Shown here piece by piece: positions 28,501-37,820 of a DNA stretch of 64,000 bases; position 1 is the first letter of the stretch; every line of letters starts with the position of its first letter. Position numbers and translations under genes: made by a program. Under the pieces are notes generated by a model. That model ran no database searches, was not told the DNA's origin, and worked only from the letters and a program-made list of their open reading frames with translations. The stretch is from positions 11,775-75,774 of the forward strand of contig CAZNEE010000006.1 in assembly GCA_964572255.1 (NCBI GenBank), written 5' to 3'. The DNA is from an uncultured Planctomycetia bacterium (GTDB lineage Bacteria; Omnitrophota; Gorgyraeia; Tantalellales; Tantalellaceae).

Positions 28501-31500
28501 ATTTCCGCGGCAGGAAGTTCGCCTTTGATCCGAATATCTCCGTCTATCGGAAGAACGCTAAACTGGACTATATTTTTGCCGATTGGATAATAAAAGGTTG
28601 CGCCTACAAATTCTGACAGATCTCCGAATTTTACGGAATCGGGGTCAGCAATAAAATAATTCAGCACCATTTTACCTTCACCCGTCCGGTGTAGCGCCTT
28701 TGTGTCTCCGTTTGCAAGTCTGGCATAAAATGTCTCTTTTCTTGTTACACCGCCCTCTCCTTCCACTGTCCAGAACAGAAAACGCTTCTCTTTCGGATAT
28801 GTGTACTCGATCTTTTTGATGAGGCTTCCTTCGTTATCGTATATCCCTTCGGATACCAACCTCCCTTTGGGATCTACCACCTTATCAATATTACCGATAC
28901 TTCTAATCACATTTTCGAATCTCCGGCATTTTAAGGATAGATCAAGTTTATAAGTTCCGGATGAAACATCCACGGTGAAATTTGTGAATTTTCTCCCCGA
29001 GAGCCTGCTATGAATTTTCGAGTCTTCTCCTATGCGCAGTTTCGCCATGAGATGGGGTAGGGCTGCCAATACCTCGGATCTGATCTTCACATTTATAGTA
29101 TATTCGCCGCGGTTATCGACGCTAAGCGTAACTTTTTCAAAGTTTCTTGGATCACCGTCTGCAAGTTTTACAAGGTTTTCAAGCTGCTGCCCAAGTTTTT
29201 GCTGTTTTATAGTGTTCTCTTTCAAGGTTTTAATAAGACCCTGGATGCTTCTTTTGTTCAAATTTAAAGAGATCCCGACGACTTCCACCTTGTTGTTCTT
29301 CGGGTCTATATCAAGAACAACATCAAAATGTTTGTTGCGCAGGTCTTTAAAATTTGTCTCTAAATACTCGTTTACCCTGCCGGAAAGTTCCGCATCCTTT
29401 ATGTATGAAGGATCTACGATGACCACTGCGTTGACAAGCTCGCTTTCATTGCCTCTTATCTTTACCATGATCCTTAGATCTTTTATTTTATTGATACTAT
29501 CGATACTTTTATCAAGTATTTGGCTTAAGTTTGATATGTCCTCTCTTTCCTGAAATCCCTTTTGCTTAAGAAAGGATGAAATATTTTTAACATCTATGCC
29601 CGCAAAAAGTGTGCCGGTTTCCAGGTTCATCTCAAAGTCAATCTTGTCTTTAAATCCCAAGCCTGCCCAATCCGCCCAGTTTTTTGCCTGGCCATTAAGT
29701 TTTAGTTCGCTATAATCCGCTTCACCTGTTAAGTATTTATCCCCGTCTCCGATGATCACGTACTCCAAGCTCCGGTTCTCATCCAAGATCATGTTTGCAC
29801 TTAAGGTGAACTTGGCAATCTCATTTGCGAAATATTGCATGAAAGGCCCTAGAGGCAGTTGGTTTTCCCTGTTTATCGGAAAAATATAGCCCAGCTCGTT
29901 ATTAGATCCGTACATTTGACCGTACCCGAGGTCAAATCCAAGTTCCATTACCTTTGAGATGAAATTATTGACCTCAAGCCGGGCCCCATTTGTCATTTCT
30001 TCTCTTTGGATCTGAGCTTCGGGGTCTGTTTTTTCCGGCTGTGTCGGTTTAAATAATTGCCCGACAAGTGTTTTGGAAACCGGGCCTAAGATCTGGGACC
30101 ATGCCGCAGAATTACTTGAAACTTGCGCATCTATTACTCCTATGGCTACGGCTTTTAATGCTGTTCCCGCAACAAGGCCCTCTATATTTTCAAACTGCAT
30201 CTTGCCCGTCATTCCGCCCCACGCATACCCCAAAGCTGTGGATGAAAATGTCGCCAACGATGAGGTTAGGAACATGTTCCAGTCGTTCTGCCTTCCTAAT
30301 TCATATATACCTTCGGAAACAAGCCCCTCTATCACATTTGTGGAAGCATCGAATAAGAATTTATCGAAACTGACCTGTTCGGTAAAAGTGCTTTCGACAT
30401 TCCCGAATATCTGCAGATCATCGAGCCCGAGCCCCTCAAAAATGCTCTCTAACGGAGAAGTTTCACCAAGCAAACCGCCGAATCCCTGCAGCGCATTTAC
30501 GCCTAACTGTACAAAAAGAGACAGCATATTAAACGTATCGTTAGCAATGGCAAGTGAGGTATTGAAAGCAAGTGATGCCGCCCACCCAACGAACGGTATA
30601 GCATTTAATACCGCACTGATTATTGTAGTAATCGCCCTGCCCAAGAAGCTAGACCAGAAGCTTTTCTTTACATCTATATGAAAATATTCATTTTTAACTT
30701 CTTCTGTCTTCTCGCCGTATTTATCGTTCCAGGTGGTTGTTTCGTTGTGCTGGGTATAAGTTACGGTGTTCTTGCCCTGCTTTTCCGACCATGACCTGTG
30801 GTAGTAATAGTGGTATTTTGTCTGGGAAATATTGCCGGCTTCGTCGTAATAGAAATAACTCTCGCTGTAGCTATTACCGTCGATCCTTGTATATTGTCTG
30901 GTAAGCTGGCCGAGTGTGTTGTATGTGGATGAATCGATCCGGGAGGATTCTCCGTCAACTATGGATGTATAGCTATATTCCTGGCCTGATTCGTTATAAA
31001 CTATATCTGTCTTCTCAACAGTCTGGGGATAATCTTCTTTGATGCTTCCGTCTTCAAGCTCTATGGTTACAGTGTCTTTACTGTAAATAACCTGATTAAT
31101 AGCGTTGTAGTTTGTTTCGATCCGTTCGGTGGTTTTTTGCTCCCAAACTCTTGGTTCGCCTATTCCGCGTCCAATAAGACCTTCTTCGACTGTTGTGAAA
31201 GCGATCATCCTGTCAAAATCGTCATAATAAATATCGGATGTAGTTTTTATTGTGAGAAGATCTGCGCCGTCCGGAGCATACATAGCAAGCTCATCGTACT
31301 CGGCATGCCCTACTTCCTGTGCCCAATGGGCTATATTTTTACCTGACCAGGCTCCCACACCGTCATAGTCATCTTCGTCTACGTTCGGGAACCAGGCCTG
31401 AAGATCGGTATCGATCTGCCATATATCTTTAAGCGCCTGAACAACTTCATCTTCCGCAGCCTGGGTTGTTATTTCATCCGTCCACCCTATAAGACGAGCC

Positions 31501-34500
31501 CATTCATCGTAGAGCATGTCGTCTCTAACTGTGGTTGTCGTCCTGTCTAGAATATTACCCTCATTATCTTCCCCAAACTCATGAGAGATCTCGGTAAAAC
31601 CGGATACTTTACCGTTCTGGTAAGTCATCTCCGAAACTTGGCGTTCAACGGTCAAGTCCGGGGCCGCGGTAGTCAGGAATGTTTCGCTATAGCCGACAAC
31701 TTTGCCGCTATCATACACTGCATCAGTCCGTGTTGTTGTTTCGGTAAGGTTTAATGTGCCTTCGGGATTTGTTTTATTAACAACCTGAGTAAAGGTATCC
31801 GCCCTGTCTACCGTATATGTCCCTTCCCAATCGGTGATCGTTATGAACTGCCCTGCATCAACAACACTCCCCTGACTAGTTATACTCCAATTATGATCAG
31901 TTACTGTTTCAGTGTATTTAGTTACATTGTTCTTAGAATCGTATTCTTCGGCATCAAAATTTGTAACTGTATGTCCCAGTTGAACAGGATTGAAATAATC
32001 ACTGCCTGGAGTTATCGCTGTTATTTCAAAAACGCGGAGCCAACCGGTTGTATTCCCCCACCCCTGACTGGCGCTTGTACTTCCCCATAAATGCGCCCGT
32101 ATAGCTGTTACATCCTGGAGATCGACCTCCATCAAAGAAACATCAGTTGTACCTCCGGCTGCACCGCCGCTGTATTCCCCAAAACTGCTTGATCTGCCGT
32201 CTCTTGTCCCGGGTATAACATGCCAGGCATCATCATAATATGCCTGAAGCTCCACATATGCCGAACAGGAGCCTCCATACCTTGTATGTTCTATCGTGGT
32301 AAAAGCATTTGCGTAAAAAGTGATATAGTCAATATCGTAGGCCTGATCAAATTCATGTGTCGAATATAATGTTTTTGAAACATTTACACCACTACAGCTG
32401 GTGCCATAATAAGTACTTCTATCACCGTCATGAACTTTTTCTCCGTCGGCGCCATCCGGTATATGCGTCGTATCCGGCCAGCTAAGAACGTTAGCTATTG
32501 AGGCATACTTAAAAGTAGATTTTTCTTTATCGGTCTGATCAATATTCCCATTATCATCATATGTGGAAGACCATATCTCATCGGTAATAAGAACATCATT
32601 ATTCCCGTAAATTATCTGATCAGCTACGGCAAGCGAGGAAAAATCTCCATTTTCGAAAAGATCAAAATGAGAGAAAAGTTCTTCGTTAGTATAATCTTCA
32701 AATGCGAAAGAAACGGATGCGCAGTTTATCGCCCGGGAATCGGCGAGTTTTTCATCATCGTTGTATTCGCCCGTCCATCTTTCAACATAACTTCTGGAAT
32801 CCTCATTTTTATAACGTGTAAGAACTTCAACTAAATGCTCTTCTTCATCAAACTTCTCTATCCTATCGACTTCAAGAAGCGAACCGTATACATAAAATTC
32901 CCTACGGACTGTTACACTTTCAACCTTGCCGTTATCCCCTTTTACATAAAGGTAAGTTTCCCGTTTTATTATATCTCCTTCTGCATCGGTTATTGCTATA
33001 TCGAGCTTTCTTCTGTCCTCATCATATACGCATGTCGCGCTTGTATCGTCCAGAACACTTTCCATTGTAACAGTGAGCTCTTCATCTTCATTAATCTCGT
33101 AATCGACTGTTGCTATAAGCGTATCTCCATCTCTTAACTCCACTAACTTATTGCCTGAGTAATTGTAGAGGTTGCCTTTGGCATCTGTGATCTTAGATAC
33201 TTCGCCTTCTTCTGTGTATTCAACCTGAGTTTGTCCGTCGGGGATGATCTCCTGATGAGCGGCGATCTTCACAAGTTCCATTAAAATATCTGCCACCGGG
33301 CTGGATGCCGCTTGAGATCCGCTTCTTGGACCGGCGCCTTCAGCTTCCTGGTCACTGATAAGCTCATTTCCCCTGTAAGGAGCCATGGCAGGCGTCCATT
33401 CAAAATAAATGGTCCTGCCGTCCTTATCTGTTATCGAGATGTAATCTCCGTTCGTAAGAACAGTTGTCTGGAGTTCCTTTCTGGAGCTGTATTTATAGTC
33501 GCGGACCGAATGATCGTCCCCGAAATAGATAATTTCGCCTTCTGTCCTTACCTTCTCCTGTATAACCAGATCTTTATCATAAATGATATCAAATATGTAA
33601 GAAGTGCGTTTTCTGCCGTCATTGTAGCCGGTTTGGGTATAAGCGACCATTCTGCCATAATCATCATAGACTATATCGCTTTTTCTTGAATAATCGCCTG
33701 TTCGCGTATATTCCTCATCCATCTCCCAGGCGGTTATTATGCCTGCTTTGCCGTCAGTATTATAATCTTCAAATATGTATTCACGATATTGTGTGTCTTC
33801 GCCCGGATTTATATATGTTTCTATATAGGAAAGGACGTTATCCTTATCATCGTATTGGAATTCATCCTGGATCGTCACCTCGCCGGTCGGGTTGTAAACA
33901 CCGTTCCCCTCATCCCATTCCAGAACGCTTCGCTCGACTTTTCCGTATCTGTCTTTTTCATCGAATTTAGAGAATTTGACATCAAGAGTCTTCGTGAGGA
34001 TATCGGAATTTTCGCTCTCCCATACCCACTCATCACCAGGGGTATATATTTCCTCTATATAGCCTGTATTTCTGCCCTCTTCATCATAAGTGAAATTCTC
34101 TCTTATATAGTAATCCCACTGGCGTATATCATCGAGCTGGTAACTGCAGGTCGTGCCTTCCATGTAATCTATGGTTTCTTCGCCTTTTGCGCCTGTGTAC
34201 CTGCACATGAAGTTCGGGTTAAGGCCATCGGTATCCTTAGAAGCTTCTTCCCCTCCGAAATAAGTATATGCTTTTTGAAGAGCGCCATTCGATGCGTACT
34301 CATATATTGTTGTGGAACTTACCTCCCTTACAGAATCATCCCCGGGTTTAAACTCATATTTCTGTGAAAAACTAACGTATTCTCTTCCTTTCGTCCCTTC
34401 ATAATAAGCGGCTGATTCGATATTAAGACCTTCGGGATTGCCGCTCGTGTCACCGCCTTCATAGGTTTTTGTGCAATACAGTACATCTTCCTTAAAGGCA

Positions 34501-37500
34501 TCTTGCGCTCTTACTATTTCATAAACGGCTTCATCATCAACAATTCCTGAGAAACTGTTGTAAAAATAGTAAACACTGTTTTTTACTTCACCCGCATCAG
34601 TGTAATTCAACGCAAAGTCTGTGATCTCATATCCCTGAAATCCTGCATAGTAAGTTTCAGACCGGGTAATAGTATCATCCGGATCTTTTGTCACGCTTCT
34701 TTCAAGAGCCCCGTTAGCTGCATATTCATAATGCGTATATGACTCTATGCTTCCGCCGGATCTGTAATTGGTGGTTAAACTGCTCTTTTCGCTGCCGCTT
34801 AATCCGTCATATGTGGTTTCGTAAATAAGCGTACCATCTACATCCTTTGTAATGCTTTTTGTAAGCGCCCCTTTGGAGTCATACTCATAAGTAGTGCTAC
34901 TGAGGATGCTGCCGTCAAGCGCATATGTTACGGTGCTTAAGGTTTTCTCTCTATTTTTTCTGCCTTCATAAACGGATTCTGAAAGTTTGTTCCCGTCTGT
35001 ATCATTTGTTTCTGTCTTATTCAGCGCACCGGTCATATCATCGTATATATAAAGGATGGTCTCAAGAACATTGCCGGCTTTATCAAAGTTATTGGCAAGC
35101 GCTATCTTTTCTTCATCTTTAAAACCTTCATATATTGTCACTGAAAGTTTAATGCCGTCGTAACTGTATGAAATTGCCTCTGCCAAGGCACCGCTTTCAT
35201 TGCAATTATAATCTGTTGTTGAGAGGATATTCCCTGCCTTGTCGTACCTGATCACATGAAGTGCCCTTTCCTGTCCTTTCAGTCCTTCATAATCAGTTTC
35301 GGATACCGTTTTATCCTCACTATCTTCAGTAACAACCCTATCTAGCGCACCGTTCTCATCATACTCATAATTAGTTTTATTAAGAATGTTCCCCTCGAGA
35401 TCAAAGCTTGTTGAAAGAACTGATCTCTCCTGTCCCTCAAGTCCCTCATAAACCATAGTGGATAGTACTATCCCGTTCCCATCGGTTGTTAATGTCATGC
35501 CTAATGAACCGTCATCTCCGTCATAACTATAAGTTGTCTCTGTTAAGGTATCCCCTGCATCATCGAATGTCCTGGCAAGATATCCTTTTTCATAATTTTC
35601 TATCCCCGTATAAAGTGTTTCGTACACTTTGAAGCCGTCGTGATTTATGCTTTCCGTACCGGTCAGGGCACCATTTGAAGCATACGCATAATCGGTGGTT
35701 TTTATGATCGTACCTGTAAGATCGTAATCATACGCAATGAAAGGCTTTTCATAATTTTCTATACCCGTATAAAGCGTTTCGGATACCTTTATATTATCCG
35801 CGTTATATGTAACGGTGCTTTCTAAAGCATCTGACAACTTGTATGCATATTGAACTGTCGTTAAAGTATTCCCCGACGCATCAAAATTATTTGTAGTACG
35901 TCTTTTTTCGTGATTTTTCGGTCCTCTATAAGTTGTTTCGGAGACCTTTTCGCCAGATCCGTTTAAAGTTTCAGTCCCTGAAAGTGTTCCGTTGGAGTTA
36001 TAATCATAATTCGTTGCACTCAGAATATTTTCGGCAATATCATACCTTGTAGAATCAACAATTTTCTCCTGGCCTTTTTCCCCGTCATAAGTAGTGAGTG
36101 ATACCCTATTCCCCTGTGAGGTATCATATCCGATATCGCTATCAAGCAATCTGAACGCTTCAACACTTCTTAATGCTTCATCTTCATAGTTATAATCGTT
36201 CCTTACAACAATATTTCCGCTTAAGGTGTCAAATTCGAATATATTTAGAATTTTCTCTTTGCCTTCATCCCCGTCATAATATGTCTCTGACCTTACTTCT
36301 GCCGCTGAAATATCATGGGGATCGTTCGTTCCCACATACCGTGTAACCTTATCAAGCGTATATTTATCACCATCACCACCGATTAGAGGAACATCTGCAT
36401 TCGGCTCGAGTTCATATTCGTAAATATTCACGCTGTTAAGGGTGGTCTCGTCCTCATTGTAGATATATGATCTAATAACATACTGATGACCTTTTAGCCC
36501 CGTAAATTCAGTGCAGCCTTTTAATATACGGGAACCCTTTTTTATACCGTAAGTTCCTATTTTGTCCAATCTGCCGTTCGAGTCATAAACATATTCCGCC
36601 TTCTCAGACGGCTTGTACGCTCCGTCATCATCAAGATAATATACTGAATGCACATAATCTATAAGCTCTTTCCCTTTATTTCCTTTATAATACGTTGTGC
36701 TCAATAAATGTTCGTCACAGGAAACGTCGCCAGCTCGGAAATCATCAAGCTGCGCCGTATAGTCAAGGCCTCTTATATTGTACGACCTTACGTCTTCAAT
36801 CGCGCCCTCGCCGCCGGCGTAGTCGTAACAGTCGAGTTTTCCGGGTTCGTCACTGCTGTCGTACTCGCTTAAGGAATAAACCAGTATCTCTTCACCTTCC
36901 GCTCCCTCATATATATTCTTCCTGATAAGATCGGCATTATTCTCGACTTCTTCCTTCCATAACGGATTTATAGCAGCAAATTCTTTATCGCTGAAATCGA
37001 TCCCAAGCGAAGTTATATCATATGTGTTAACTTCCCTGAGAGCGGTACCGTTCGGATATTCATATACAGATACTTCTCTGGGCTTTCCATCCCGGTAGTC
37101 TGAAAGAATATAATCTATCTTTTCTTCTCCCTGGATACCGTAATAAACGATCGTTTTTATGATAAGTTCATCAATAAGATCCCTGTAATCACCCTCTTGG
37201 AAAGCCGCCAGGACTTTCTCTTCCCCTTCTTCGGAGATCTCCTCGAGTTCATCATTTATCCACTTATTTATCTCCAAGTCGCGAATATCATAAGAAACTA
37301 TCTTATCAAGGGTTTTCCCGTCTTCTTTATACGAATAAACAGAGATCTGCTGAGGATCACCGTTTTCACTGAAATCCGTCAGCGTGTATTCGACCCTTTT
37401 CTCCCCGGAAGAAGCGCCGGATGAGCCGGTCCTTTTCTTGAGAAGAACTTTATCGGCCTGATCGTCTTCGTTTCTCCTGCCGTTCCTGTCGATAAGAAGC

Positions 37501-37820
37501 ATGGCTTCTTCCTCGATCATGTTCTTCATTCTTATCAGATCTTCATGCTTTTTCTGAAGAATACGTAAAAGCGCAGGCGACATACGATTCTGTCTATCCG
37601 CCTCCTGCCTATCGGTCAAAAGGCCTTTATAAACAGAATAGTGATATTTGTAATACATCCTGTCTGATGAAAAGGCTATCTGGTTGAATGTGAACGTGAA
37701 AATAATCAGACAGGAAAGGAACTTGAACAATTTCCTGCGCCTTCTTATTGAAGTTATCGCGAGGAAATCCTCGCTCCTTTCTTCACTGGTATTTTTTTCG
37801 TATATTTTTTCGTTATTCAT
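25590..37820 (-). CDS. Giant protein D (4076 aa): YD/RHS-like repeat protein with a discoidin-like module, hydrophobic segment and C-terminal permuted papain-like amidase (YiiX/YaeF, peptidase C92 type)
   Basis: Signal-like RRRRK-hydrophobic-QIAFS; many T.Y.Y..GAL / Y.G.KG.EK repeats; DGDRSTYY..FDQAYDIDYITF..LRVFEI (~32000-32480); AITTIISAVLNAIPFVGWAASLAF (~30600); C-terminal GDILMV..VNHAAI..YNY..ICSELV..AF..VSPGNI (25590-26140). Confidence 0.9.
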   Translation of the reverse strand: MNNEKIYEKNTSEERSEDFLAITSIRRRRKLFKFLSCLIIFTFTFNQIAFSSDRMYYKYHYSVYKGLLTDRQEADRQNRMSPALLRILQKKHEDLIRMKNMIEEEAMLLIDRNGRRNEDDQADKVLLKKRTGSSGASSGEKRVEYTLTDFSENGDPQQISVYSYKEDGKTLDKIVSYDIRDLEINKWINDELEEISEEGEEKVLAAFQEGDYRDLIDELIIKTIVYYGIQGEEKIDYILSDYRDGKPREVSVYEYPNGTALREVNTYDITSLGIDFSDKEFAAINPLWKEEVENNADLIRKNIYEGAEGEEILVYSLSEYDSSDEPGKLDCYDYAGGEGAIEDVRSYNIRGLDYTAQLDDFRAGDVSCDEHLLSTTYYKGNKGKELIDYVHSVYYLDDDGAYKPSEKAEYVYDSNGRLDKIGTYGIKKGSRILKGCTEFTGLKGHQYVIRSYIYNEDETTLNSVNIYEYELEPNADVPLIGGDGDKYTLDKVTRYVGTNDPHDISAAEVRSETYYDGDEGKEKILNIFEFDTLSGNIVVRNDYNYEDEALRSVEAFRLLDSDIGYDTSQGNRVSLTTYDGEKGQEKIVDSTRYDIAENILSATNYDYNSNGTLSGTETLNGSGEKVSETTYRGPKNHEKRRTTNNFDASGNTLTTVQYAYKLSDALESTVTYNADNIKVSETLYTGIENYEKPFIAYDYDLTGTIIKTTDYAYASNGALTGTESINHDGFKVYETLYTGIENYEKGYLARTFDDAGDTLTETTYSYDGDDGSLGMTLTTDGNGIVLSTMVYEGLEGQERSVLSTSFDLEGNILNKTNYEYDENGALDRVVTEDSEDKTVSETDYEGLKGQERALHVIRYDKAGNILSTTDYNCNESGALAEAISYSYDGIKLSVTIYEGFKDEEKIALANNFDKAGNVLETILYIYDDMTGALNKTETNDTDGNKLSESVYEGRKNREKTLSTVTYALDGSILSSTTYEYDSKGALTKSITKDVDGTLIYETTYDGLSGSEKSSLTTNYRSGGSIESYTHYEYAANGALERSVTKDPDDTITRSETYYAGFQGYEITDFALNYTDAGEVKNSVYYFYNSFSGIVDDEAVYEIVRAQDAFKEDVLYCTKTYEGGDTSGNPEGLNIESAAYYEGTKGREYVSFSQKYEFKPGDDSVREVSSTTIYEYASNGALQKAYTYFGGEEASKDTDGLNPNFMCRYTGAKGEETIDYMEGTTCSYQLDDIRQWDYYIRENFTYDEEGRNTGYIEEIYTPGDEWVWESENSDILTKTLDVKFSKFDEKDRYGKVERSVLEWDEGNGVYNPTGEVTIQDEFQYDDKDNVLSYIETYINPGEDTQYREYIFEDYNTDGKAGIITAWEMDEEYTRTGDYSRKSDIVYDDYGRMVAYTQTGYNDGRKRTSYIFDIIYDKDLVIQEKVRTEGEIIYFGDDHSVRDYKYSSRKELQTTVLTNGDYISITDKDGRTIYFEWTPAMAPYRGNELISDQEAEGAGPRSGSQAASSPVADILMELVKIAAHQEIIPDGQTQVEYTEEGEVSKITDAKGNLYNYSGNKLVELRDGDTLIATVDYEINEDEELTVTMESVLDDTSATCVYDEDRRKLDIAITDAEGDIIKRETYLYVKGDNGKVESVTVRREFYVYGSLLEVDRIEKFDEEEHLVEVLTRYKNEDSRSYVERWTGEYNDDEKLADSRAINCASVSFAFEDYTNEELFSHFDLFENGDFSSLAVADQIIYGNNDVLITDEIWSSTYDDNGNIDQTDKEKSTFKYASIANVLSWPDTTHIPDGADGEKVHDGDRSTYYGTSCSGVNVSKTLYSTHEFDQAYDIDYITFYANAFTTIEHTRYGGSCSAYVELQAYYDDAWHVIPGTRDGRSSSFGEYSGGAAGGTTDVSLMEVDLQDVTAIRAHLWGSTSASQGWGNTTGWLRVFEITAITPGSDYFNPVQLGHTVTNFDAEEYDSKNNVTKYTETVTDHNWSITSQGSVVDAGQFITITDWEGTYTVDRADTFTQVVNKTNPEGTLNLTETTTRTDAVYDSGKVVGYSETFLTTAAPDLTVERQVSEMTYQNGKVSGFTEISHEFGEDNEGNILDRTTTTVRDDMLYDEWARLIGWTDEITTQAAEDEVVQALKDIWQIDTDLQAWFPNVDEDDYDGVGAWSGKNIAHWAQEVGHAEYDELAMYAPDGADLLTIKTTSDIYYDDFDRMIAFTTVEEGLIGRGIGEPRVWEQKTTERIETNYNAINQVIYSKDTVTIELEDGSIKEDYPQTVEKTDIVYNESGQEYSYTSIVDGESSRIDSSTYNTLGQLTRQYTRIDGNSYSESYFYYDEAGNISQTKYHYYYHRSWSEKQGKNTVTYTQHNETTTWNDKYGEKTEEVKNEYFHIDVKKSFWSSFLGRAITTIISAVLNAIPFVGWAASLAFNTSLAIANDTFNMLSLFVQLGVNALQGFGGLLGETSPLESIFEGLGLDDLQIFGNVESTFTEQVSFDKFLFDASTNVIEGLVSEGIYELGRQNDWNMFLTSSLATFSSTALGYAWGGMTGKMQFENIEGLVAGTALKAVAIGVIDAQVSSNSAAWSQILGPVSKTLVGQLFKPTQPEKTDPEAQIQREEMTNGARLEVNNFISKVMELGFDLGYGQMYGSNNELGYIFPINRENQLPLGPFMQYFANEIAKFTLSANMILDENRSLEYVIIGDGDKYLTGEADYSELKLNGQAKNWADWAGLGFKDKIDFEMNLETGTLFAGIDVKNISSFLKQKGFQEREDISNLSQILDKSIDSINKIKDLRIMVKIRGNESELVNAVVIVDPSYIKDAELSGRVNEYLETNFKDLRNKHFDVVLDIDPKNNKVEVVGISLNLNKRSIQGLIKTLKENTIKQQKLGQQLENLVKLADGDPRNFEKVTLSVDNRGEYTINVKIRSEVLAALPHLMAKLRIGEDSKIHSRLSGRKFTNFTVDVSSGTYKLDLSLKCRRFENVIRSIGNIDKVVDPKGRLVSEGIYDNEGSLIKKIEYTYPKEKRFLFWTVEGEGGVTRKETFYARLANGDTKALHRTGEGKMVLNYFIADPDSVKFGDLSEFVGATFYYPIGKNIVQFSVLPIDGDIRIKGELPAAEMGLKFGLNTSTSIGDNESISYEAFSIGIRLEGESFIVDDNKFFNINGVDKFGAMLFTGGEEGSTRQLFLFNGSEIGVAGDHIIVSSGSALFLPVVNLSDGMANEAVTKDMEKGNILNKTMRAVDDLIWTPAIGDSYAPDFVQVNRNTCMLTEAGSLIPVEGIFEIYNSRAFSDRDTLVDIGEGEAINVSSKDLLTPEKIEQENFIRDTISEKLDPIYDAIIKGYELSSRSIFLSGLTKQLSNATGGIVDDISTFDGLMQTVLRISMTEGCMIAGVESAAAVAVLPVLLAKAVHTALSADERSLFKEVLGGTWRALVSECKDIWAAFRDSKNARNAVYGIRILGRKIGEYIAAAYVGTGAIKFAKLGWRKAKPFLSKIGGKLYGSFGRKITAKIRNMALKADQAFFSGGLSKSVNRIIQAYNRAGGYISGKLRLFNERVEQFIKERIVSKIKGIFQRGEGFEGAIFKAWGAVKIGVKGLSFVAEKAPEIAGKVTDTYLNREANFFISGLAKAEGYITRTAKRINTAWEMSRYRARFGQGRLVDRIKMIMEYEMKHPEVGRQLIDEFVNYYWLKTGGYYGFGPGVTKAMIAKMSLTYSTGAMLASVVDTAALNSAASGAVYDFIRPDFNDPTSIGANFWSGIYDDVKYAYDFWEDKVTAAKNWAVDTYNNITNNEDFREDTDLLGFNVNERKNTIHDQTSTKLDSIHKAFKEKHESDYQQYLKIAEQSSKTIKSLFNGKTLEDLYLEAKHSTHFKDKLERVSSWGQILGFKTEEELKWEKAQAIDLIIKKGQTGDILMVAGADPVGFGIRLFSVSKVNHAAILDVDEENNKWAIDINPGGIKRRTFEDWAGKDLEGYAVIKVGRVTSDKNAGRAAVNWIKVTYGYNPDTNRFKKSALYNYAGLFGINNNDNDTKICSELVHDAFKESGHPLSGVTTDNWRVSPGNIKGTMLEWGIDVQDIPADLIFIGAYEE

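Noticed and set aside
34600-36400. Possible CRISPR array or DGR template/variable repeat pair among the repeated DNA
   Set aside because: Repeats are in-frame, degenerate protein repeats with no constant repeat-spacer pattern; no cas or reverse transcriptase gene in the window.
25590-37820. Calling giant D a canonical T6SS Rhs or CdiA toxin
   Set aside because: No PAAR, TPS/haemagglutinin or DPxG core motif seen and no partner genes in the window; only YD-like character is supported.
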